Assembly (NCBI GenBank): GCA_964016885.1 | Contig: OZ024747.1 | Location: forward strand, 4,464,001-4,528,000 | Source: Eledone cirrhosa | Taxonomy: Eukaryota | Length of the DNA stretch: 64,000 nt | Reading direction: 5' to 3' | Part shown: piece by piece, positions 55,075-64,000 of the stretch | Layout: each line of letters starts with the position of its first letter | Numbering within the stretch: position 1 is the stretch's first letter | Program-made: the position numbers and the translations under genes | Notes under the pieces: generated by a model | What the model saw: only the letters and a program-made list of their open reading frames with translations | What the model was told of the DNA's origin: nothing | Database searches by the model: none

Positions 55075-55539
55075 CGTGAATATATAATAATACAAAAGCA
55101 ATAAGGAAAAAAAGAAGAAGCGTATTAGATGATGGTACAACTTAGCATTGTTATCCCAGTGATGCGGAGTGGGAGTGTATTGTCTTGTATGAGCGGAGTC
55201 CATGTGGAGGCCCTCTCGTGGTCCCAGAAGACGGAATGAAGAAAACATTGCCCGAGAGGATGGTGAGGGAGAGGCATTGGAATAGCCATTCCAAATGGTA
55301 GGGCTCGCTTCTGGGGGTAACCAACTCCGATTCGATAGTAATGAGTAAGGGTATGGTCCGGAGTCCAAGAAATTCACGGAAGCCCCTTCTGCTACAGTTT
55401 CAACCATTAACCGATTTATTCCGGATTTTCTGTCGATGGACGGCCATCAGTTTTCGTGGATTATTGTCAGTTGTGCCAATGTAATTTACTCAATAACCAT
55501 AGCATGTTAAAATAGGATTACCACAGGAACACTGAAACC

Positions 55540-55770
55540 GCTTTACACCCGTGAGCAAGATTTTAGTTTTCATTTGCTCTTTATAATTTGTTGATTTTCC
55601 GAGATTGTTTTTCTATTCTTTTCTCAATATACAAAATGGACCGATTACTATCAATATTATTATACATTTCAATATTTCTTGGATTGTTCGTTGATATAAA
55701 TGTCTTTTCTTTTTATCTGTTTTCTAGCTTCCATATATCTTGAATAGTTATAGTTTCCATTGATTATGTT
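55540..55770 (-). mobile_element. Second Penelope fragment (RT-endonuclease linker)
   Basis: ISTNNPRNIEMYNNI..ENQQIIKSK, paralogous to 53130-53230. Confidence 0.6.
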
Positions 55771-55771
55771 A

Positions 55772-55813
<42 letters not shown>

Positions 55814-56049
55814 AAGTATATAGTCGGATAAATTATCTATAAAGTCATATTTATTTTCTTACAGATGTTTGAAGGGAGTTGTACATCCAATTATTTGAAA
55901 TGTTATGAAACAATTCCCATAATCAATATCGATACACAGGCATTGATATATAGGTATCAAGCTAATTCTGAAAAGACGTGGCAATTATATACTATCATAT
56001 ATAATTCTCTACTTTCCTTTGAGCTTTGTATATATAGTTTTACCTTTGC

Positions 56050-56080
<31 letters not shown>

Positions 56081-56530
56081 CCTGGTGTCAGGTCACAATA
56101 ACCATGCTTGGGGGAAGACATACACATACACTCTAATATATTTTTTTCATAAATATACCTCCACCCCCTCCCCACGATTATTTTATCTCAGATGCACCCA
56201 TGCATATAAACACTCACTAAACTAGATATCTACACACAGACACTCCCTAACGATAAAAAATGTAACATTTATATGAAAAGAATTTACAATTGGATACATA
56301 TTGTATACCCTTATTTGGGCATACCACATCCCTGATGACACAGCCAGTAAACTGCCAAGCCTTTCACCAATTTATCTGAACTAGCTGTGGAAGCAACAAG
56401 AGTTCAGGGTCCCAACTCTTTATTATATATATATATATATATATATATATTAGTGTATAGTGGTAGCTATGGTACTTCCATAGGCAGTATGCCAAAATTA
56501 GCACTCGATATTCATCAGAGTAGAGTGTAG

Positions 56531-56873
56531 ATATTATCAAGAAAACGAAAAATCAGTGATGCATCTGGACTTAGTTTATTTCGTGTTACAAATGTTTTGC
56601 CGGCATGTAGCTCGAGTCATGGTCCTTGTATGGATCTGGCTGATTCTACTTCTGCGGGTTCTTTCAGACACGGGTGTTATGTTTGGAGCAAATTTTATCA
56701 CTGTGATAAAATTTGCTCCAAACATAACACCCGTGTCTGAAAGAACCCGCAGAAGTAGAATCAGCCAGATCCATACAAGGACCATGACTCGAGCTACATG
56801 CCGGCAAAACATTTGTAACACGAAATAAACTAAGTCCAGATGCATCACTGACTTTTCGTTTTCTTTATAATAT
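56531..56873. repeat. 343-bp near-perfect palindrome, centre 56702
   Basis: The ORF track gives the same peptide on both strands (56556-56828 + and 56576-56917 -). Confidence 0.97.
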
Positions 56874-57256
56874 ATATATATATATATATGTAAGAAACAA
56901 TACATAAATATGAACATGTATTATTATTTTCAAAGAAAATAAACACAAAAAATATATCACAAAAAATATAACACTATTCCCCTTAATTAACTCATTCAAT
57001 TTTACCTTTTCAAGAAAATTTTTCTAAGTTGCCTCTTTTTTGTATCCCCTTGTTTCCAAAATTTATGTTGGTAGTTCTTGCATGTAAACACTCATACACA
57101 CACACATATTTATGTTTTTCAGTTTTTAATTATATATATTTTTAAACCTTTGCGATAACGACTCAAAGAAAATTGTTTTGTTCTAATTTATTTTTTACCA
57201 TATATATTTATATATTTTACATAATTAATATATATTTAATTTTTTGATTTTTACAA

Positions 57257-57311
<55 letters not shown>

Positions 57312-57604
57312 CTGTTTAGTATTATGTTTATTATTTAAGTGTATGTTTGTGTTTCGTATTGTTTTACTTGCTGTCTTCTTTGCTAGTTAGGTTTGTCCTT
57401 TAATCTTCAACTGTTTGAAAATGCGCCGTCTTTTTCTTTCCATTCATGTAATTTGGTGAGGTGAAAGAGGTGGAGAGTAATAAGAGGTAAATGATAATTA
57501 GTTTCTTAATATAATTTTTTTTGATACCTTAAAATTCTTCTTCTTTGCATTCTTCTTCTTCATTGCTTTCTTCTATCTGTCTATCTCTCTTTATATGCAA
57601 AAAT

Positions 57605-57825
57605 CAAACAGAAATAACAAAGCAAACAGCACAGTACAATGAAGTAATATATTAGTTTTACGCTTGATATAGCAGGAAAAGAGTCTTAACGTTTTGGACG
57701 TTAGTCCTTCATCAGAAAATACGAGAAATTAAAGAAGAAATAGTAAGATAGGGATGAGTGAACAGTGGCAGAAACGAAAAAAAGTTTTTTTGAGAAAAAA
57801 CTGGTCTATTCAAGTCACCATCTTA
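57605..57825 (-). mobile_element. Family-A hammerhead element (GAAA mutated)
   Basis: Reverse complement CTGATGAAGGACTAACGTCCAAAACGTTAAGAC plus the shared tail. Confidence 0.75.
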
Positions 57826-58619
57826 TATTATAAACAATTGTATTATTAAGGAGTGTTGAGTGAATGGCATATAAGTGCCATGAGATGACAAGGGGACAGT
57901 AATGGAGGCACCTGTGTCCACTTTTGTCAACCTGTTTGGCAATTTTTCAGACAAAACCTGCGTTGAAGCATCTGACTTAGAACTTACATATGTTCAAAAT
58001 ACACGTGTGTGTGTGTGTGTGTGTGTGCATGTATCTGGATGCATGTGGTTGTGTGTATGGAAGTGTTAGTGTGTGTGTGTGAATGTATGCATTAGAGGAG
58101 TGCATGCATGCATATGGGTGCATGAATGCATGTGTTTGTGATTTTTTTGTGTGTGAGTTTGTGTGTGTGAGGTTGTGTTTGTGTGTGTGTCCATGGGTTT
58201 GAGTGTATGTGTGTGTCTGTCCATTGGTTTGTGTGTGTATGTATGCATGTGTGTGTGTCCATGGGTTTGTATGTGTATGTCTGTGTGTGTGTGTCCATGG
58301 GTTTGTATGTGTGTGTCTGTGTGTGTGTGTCCATGGGTTTGTGTGTGTGTGTATGAATTAGTCATAACACAGTAAATAAATATATCAGATAAGTATGTTA
58401 CCAGATAAAATCTCAGACTGAGTCGAGAATGTTTTGCCATTTCTTAAGAAAAACCAATTACACCTATGTTAAATTATTTTCTGCTTCATTTACCTCACAC
58501 ATTTTCTCACTCTTCCTAACTCTACCTATCTATCCATTCAACTATTTATCTATCTGCCTATCTATCTATATATCTGTCTATCTATCGATCTATCTATCTA
58601 TCTATCTATGTATCACCCT

Positions 58620-58985
58620 ACCACTTTGGAAGAAGAATCAGGATGGAGAGAGAGGTGCTGTACCGCAGCAAGTTTTATGAAAGGTGGGTGAAAGTGGCGA
58701 GAATGGCCCGAGTGAATGGGCCTTCTCTCTATATCAGCCTGTAGATTGAGGAAAAGAAGGAGGAGAGGAAAGGAGTACAAGCTCTTCGTACTCCTGGAGA
58801 TGAGGGTTGCACATTTTTTCGGGGGTATGTGTTACCCATATAAACTGTCTCCCTCTATTGGGGAAAATCGACTAACTTTTAAATTCCATCTGTGATAACA
58901 TTTTACACGTTTTTATTGTATGTAAACTTCCCCCTTTGTATTTGTCCCCTTCTTTTGTGCCCCTGTGGCTAATAAAGAAATATAT
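58620..58985 (+). mobile_element. Tx1/L1-like LINE 3' end
   Basis: Homologous to 35560-35965 without the triplication. Confidence 0.7.
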
Positions 58986-59322
58986 CTATGTATCACCCTG
59001 TCTCTTCCTTTCTCTAACACTCTTCTCTTTTCTTTCTACTCTTCCTGACCCCCCCCTCTCTAAACCTCTCTTTTTGTTTTTCTATCTCTCTTACACATAT
59101 TCCCTCTTACACTTTTTCTCACATTATTATCTCTTACTAACTTTATTATTCTCTCACTCACTCTCCCCTCCACCCCCTCACCCCTCTCTCTGCACCCCAT
59201 ATCATTACATATGTGTAGCAATATAAATGCAAAATCTTGTCTCATGGTTTTATTTTGCAGGATCATATGCAAGTTTACATTAATATGATGTTCATCATAT
59301 TTTCTAATTTTCTCTACATTCC

Positions 59323-59439
<117 letters not shown>

Positions 59440-59504
59440 TCATCATCGTTTAACATCCATCTTCCACGCTAGCATGTGTAAGTGTGTGTGTATATATATA
59501 TGCA

Positions 59505-59710
59505 AAAAGTAAATGGAAATAACAAAGCAAACATCCCAGTACAATGAAGAAATATATTAGTTTAACACCTAGTATATAGTAGGAAAAGAATCTGTAAGTT
59601 TCAGTCACTAGTTCTTCATCAGAAGACAGGGTGAGAAATAACAGAGGAAGGAATGGATAAAAAGTTTTTGAGTTAAAGCATGTCTGTATTCAGTCAGCCA
59701 TTTTGGAGAA
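59505..59710 (-). mobile_element. Family-A hammerhead element
   Basis: Reverse complement GTCTTCTGATGAAGAACTAGTGACTGAAACTTAC plus the shared tail. Confidence 0.7.
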
Positions 59711-59854
59711 ATATATATATATGCCGTAGAAAACCTGCCAGATAGTCCTATAAGAGCGAGACACAGTCACCCGATATATCTTGCCTCAAGTGGGACAATT
59801 CCCGTCTGATCCATGCTAGTGGGGAAGATAGACGTTAAACGATGAGGATGTATA

Positions 59855-60100
59855 TCTTAGTCTTAGATCCCCCTATGCCCTGGGGTATATTGCACAATGA
59901 GTCATCTTCAATTTACAAGATCAGTTGCAGCATCTTGCGTAGTTTCCCAGTTCAATCCTCTGGAGATCTTCTTTGAAAGTTGAGCATCAGGTTTCCTTGG
60001 GTCTCCCTTTTTTTCTGCTTACTTCCAGCTGGGATCCATCTCATTGCCACAGAGGGGTTCTGTTACTCAGACATATAGAATGTGTTCAGCCATATATAAT
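59855..60100 (-). mobile_element. Decayed RTE-like LINE 3' end
   Basis: RWIPAG..KGRPKET..STFKEDL motif. Confidence 0.55.
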
Positions 60101-60199
60101 TGCTTGAATCAATTATATATGACAAAAGAAGGTTACCTCAATACTATGAAAATAGAAGTAAATGGTATTCTTGATAGGATCAGTCAAGCTGTGACACTC

Positions 60200-60362
60200 T
60201 GTTCCATTAGGACTCTGTCATTATACTACACTATTCCATTAGGACTCTGTCATTATACTACACTATTCCATTAGGACTCTGTCATTATACTACACTGTTT
60301 CATTAGGACTCCATCATTATACTACACTGTTCCATTAGGACTCTGGTATTATACTACACTGT
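60200..60362. repeat. 32-bp tandem repeat, 5 copies
   Basis: Unit TGTTCCATTAGGACTCTGTCATTATACTACAC. Confidence 0.95.
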
Positions 60363-60364
60363 TA

Positions 60365-61012
60365 ATAAAATGCATTATTGATGTTCCGATGGATGTGTAA
60401 CAGTAATATACGTGAACGACAAAGCATAAAGGAATTGAGAGAGAGACTGAGCATAAGAGGAATCAAATGCTGCGTGCAGGAGAGGCGGTTACGCTGGTAT
60501 GGACATGTGATGTGTATGAAGGATGACAGCTGCATAAAAAGGTGCAGAGCACTAGAAGTTGATGGAAACCGCGGAGTGGGGAGACCCAAGATGACTTGGG
60601 ATGAGGTGATAAAAGCCGACCTTACCCAACTACACCTCTCAAAGTCAATGACACACGACCGTGACTTCTGGCGTCACGCAGTAATACAGGGTACCCGACC
60701 TCCCATGGGTACATGCTGAAGCATATAAACAATATGCCCCCCCCCCCCCACCGCAAGGTGGTCGTGGAGGTGCCACGGCAAAAAAGCACCCAGCCCACAC
60801 TGTAAAGTGGACGTGTAGGCGCCACGAAAAAGCACCCAGCACTCACTGTAAATGAGGTTGGTGTTAGGAAGGGCATCCAGCTGTAGAAATCAAGCCAGAT
60901 CAGTTCCTGTATGAGCAAGGCATGGTCAGCCGACCAGACACTGCCCACAACAGGACAACCCGTCTAACCCATGCTAGTGTGGAAGAACGGACGTAAAACG
61001 GTGATGATGATG
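60365..61012 (+). mobile_element. RTE-clade LINE 3' end with a SINE-shared tail
   Basis: MFRWMC..ELRERL..RRLRWYGHVM..RGVGRPKMTW..DRDFWR, then a tail ending GGACGTAAAACGGTGATGATG. Confidence 0.88.
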
Positions 61013-62032
61013 TAGTATGGTTTAGAGAGTTCAATATTGTCAATTAGAACTGCAACTAGGATACTACAGTTATAGTTAGCTCACAATTTTAGACTCTATA
61101 ATTTATATTTCATCCAGACAAACACACACATTAAAACAATCACATACTCACACAAAAAAATTATATGCACGCACAAAAAAAATTATATAATCACACAAAA
61201 AAATTATATATACACATACAAAACATAACACAGCATACCTGTTATACATTGTGGGTTTGTATTAGGAAGGGTGTCTAGTTATAGAAGATTATGTCAAAAA
61301 ATACAAGGGAGTGAGGTCATCTGACATGCCTGACCCATGCTAGCATGGAATATACACACACAGAACAGTGGTGGTTTATTAGGTGATGATGATGGTTATA
61401 ATAATGTCGGTTATGATGGTGGTGGTGGTGGTGATGGTTATTATGATGGTAATGGTGATAATGATGGTTATGGTGGTGGTTGATGATGATGGCAATGATA
61501 ATGCTTATGATGATGATGGTGATGATGATGAGGATTATGTTGATGATTGTTACGATGATGATGATGGTTATGGTGAGATGGTAATGACGGTGATGTTAAT
61601 GATGATGATGATGGTTATGATGATAATGATACACATAAAACTGCCTACAAAAGAAATCACATGTATAAAATGTCCCCTACACAGAATATTAACAGCAATA
61701 TCAATAAGTTCATTAGTCCTAAACAATAACAATGATAAGTGCCTAGGAACAACAGTCATGCTCTGATTCAGTCCATCCTTATCCACATCCTTTGTGGTCA
61801 CTACTAGAATATAGAGGCATACAAAAGTAGAAGATGGGAGGGGTGGCAGTCAATCCCATTATCACATTTCCCCTTCACCGTATAATAAACCTTAATGAAT
61901 GTTCCAGAACATTGAATGGTGTCCATTGAACCAGAAAACTGTTATATCCAGAATACTAAGTTCTGTGGATCATAGTTAGTCATATGACTAGTTATAATTC
62001 CATGCCACAGCCAACTTAGAGTTGACTTGGTG

Positions 62033-62602
62033 TTAACCCTTTAGCATTTAACCCTTTAGCATTTAACCCTTTAGCATTTAACCCTTTAGCATTTACATTA
62101 CTCTATATTTACTATTGTATTTTCAAAGTAAAGTCTTTATCTTACATAATTATCTCACATTGGATTGGCAGTATCGGTAGAGGGTCGGACGCCATGCTTT
62201 GACGCATCGAGTTAAGGCCCTTTCCATTCTGAGTTCAAATCCCGCCGAGGTTAACTTTGCCTTTCATCCTTACGGGGTCGATAAAATAAAGTACCAGTAA
62301 TGCACTGGGTAATTGCTGGCCTTGTGCTAAAAGTAGAAACAATTATATTGCATCAATAAAATTTTAATATTATTTATTTTGAGAACAATACGTTAACATC
62401 AGTATGAGTGGCTAGTTAGGACTGATTTGAACAGGAAGAGGTTTGAATGCTGAAGAGTTAAACCGGCTGTATCTGGCCAGAATTATCTCACCTCTTTCTG
62501 TTCAAACTGGCCATAATCAGCTGCTCATACTTATGTAAGATAAAGCTTTTACTGTGAAAATACAATAGTAAATATAGAGTAATGTAAATGGTAAAGGGTT
62601 AA
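62033..62602. mobile_element. piggyBac-like MITE with ~70-bp TIRs, left tip repeated 4x, nested family-M SINE (62160-62346)
   Basis: (TAACCCTTTAGCATT)4 ... AATGTAAATGGTAAAGGGTTAA. Confidence 0.7.
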
Positions 62603-62767
62603 ACAACAACAACAACACTGTTGACATACAACAATAGAACACGGCAATAAGGGGGACCTCAATATCATTACCTCCTTTTCTTCTTCTTTCCTTCTTCTTC
62701 TTCAGTCGTCCCTCTTTCAAAGGTGTAGCATTCCTTTTGCTTTTTCTAATAGCTGGAATATATATAT

Positions 62768-63140
62768 CATCATCATCATCCCTGTTTTATGTCCGTTCTT
62801 TCACGCTAGCATGGATTAGACAGGTTGCCCTGTTGTGGGCAGTGTCTTGTCTTGCTCATAGGGGAACTGATTCTGGCTTGATTTCTACAGCTGGATGCCC
62901 TTCCTAACATCAACCTCATCTACAGTGAGTGCTGGGTGCTTTTTTTCTGTGGCACCTCTATGACCACTTTGCAGTGGAATGATATGGACCCCAGTTCCTA
63001 TCATCTCATTTTTACAGCTGAGTAAACTGGAGCAATGTGAAATAAAATGTCTTGCTCAAGGAAACAACACACCACCCGGTCCGAGAATTAAACTCGCAAC
63101 CTTTCGATTGCAAGCCCAATGCTCTAACCACTAAGCCATG
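62768..63140 (-). mobile_element. Full-length family-C SINE
   Basis: Reverse complement of the 47293-47690 type. Confidence 0.85.
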
Positions 63141-63142
63141 TG

Positions 63143-63231
<89 letters not shown>

Positions 63232-63352
63232 TGATTTAACCAGTTTTAAACTAATAAGACCATTATTCAGCAGAGTACTCAATATTTGGGATAGAGCTGT
63301 CAAAACGGCAAAAACCCTACACCCTCTTCTCTCACTCTCTCTTTCTCTCTGT

Positions 63353-63405
<53 letters not shown>

Positions 63406-63499
63406 CACAAATATATATATATATATATACATGCCCTAGCATAGCCTCAACCAGTCGGCTGGAATAGGTAAAAGAGAATAAATATAATATTTTATATAT

Positions 63500-63556
<57 letters not shown>

Positions 63557-64000
63557 GAGAAAGAGAGAGTGAGGGAAGAGGGTGTAGGCTTTTATGTAGG
63601 CAGGGCAGGGAATTAAGGCCAGAGAGCAGTGTGGGGTGAGGGACATATTGGAAAAATGGTAGTGTTGGTTGTAGTAATAGTTGGTGATGTGTGTATGGAG
63701 GTCTAAATGGCAGAAGGTGATAAAAGGGACAATAAATGAAGACATTCATGAAGAAGAAGACATTTGAAAAAGAAATAAGTAGGTGAAGAAATAGAAAACT
63801 AAAAGAAAAAAGGAAAATGGAGGAGAATGTAGTTGATGGTGGTACACTGAGAAAACAGTGTGTATATATGTATGTGTGTGTGTATATATGTATGTGTCTG
63901 TGTGTATATATGTGTGTGTGTGTATATATATATATGTGTGTGTGTGTGTGCGTATATATGTATGTGTGTGTGTGTGTACATATATATATATATGTATGTG

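Noticed and set aside
54925-55407. 160-aa ORF in a GC-richer patch
   Set aside because: No motif I can identify and the end runs into microsatellite; probably an unrecognised TE fragment
56556-56917. Sense/antisense gene pair encoding the same peptide
   Set aside because: Automatic consequence of the palindrome; the peptide has no recognisable features
62033-62095. Telomere-like (TAACCC) repeats
   Set aside because: 15-bp unit that is the duplicated tip of a TTAA-flanked MITE

Overview
AT-rich, microsatellite-saturated eukaryotic DNA, intergenic or intronic, with no host protein-coding exon I can support. The repeat families (tRNA-headed SINEs, RTE/CR1/R4/Tx1-like LINE pieces, long (TA)n/(TATG)n fields) suggest a cephalopod (octopus-like) genome; this is an inference. 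Almost all ORFs in the track are microsatellite translations. The real coding remnants belong to transposons: a nearly intact CR1-type RT (30452-32046, -), a decayed Penelope RT + GIY-YIG endonuclease (52896-54410, -), R4/Dong, RTE and Tx1 3' ends, and a Tigger/pogo transposase fragment. The main unexplained structure is a set of short non-coding elements carrying type I hammerhead ribozyme (HHR) cores, mostly in or beside (TA)n. These include a 310-bp retrozyme-like tandem with an inverted partial copy (20665-21412), a dispersed minimal-HHR family, and several fold-back palindromes that turn inside or near the ribozyme (34.9, 45.2, 45.5, 47.9, 56.7 kb). A 4.97-kb non-autonomous hAT-like element (14-bp TIRs, 8-bp TSD) contains several of them plus a permuted inverted duplication. 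All calls were made by eye; no folding or database search was run.
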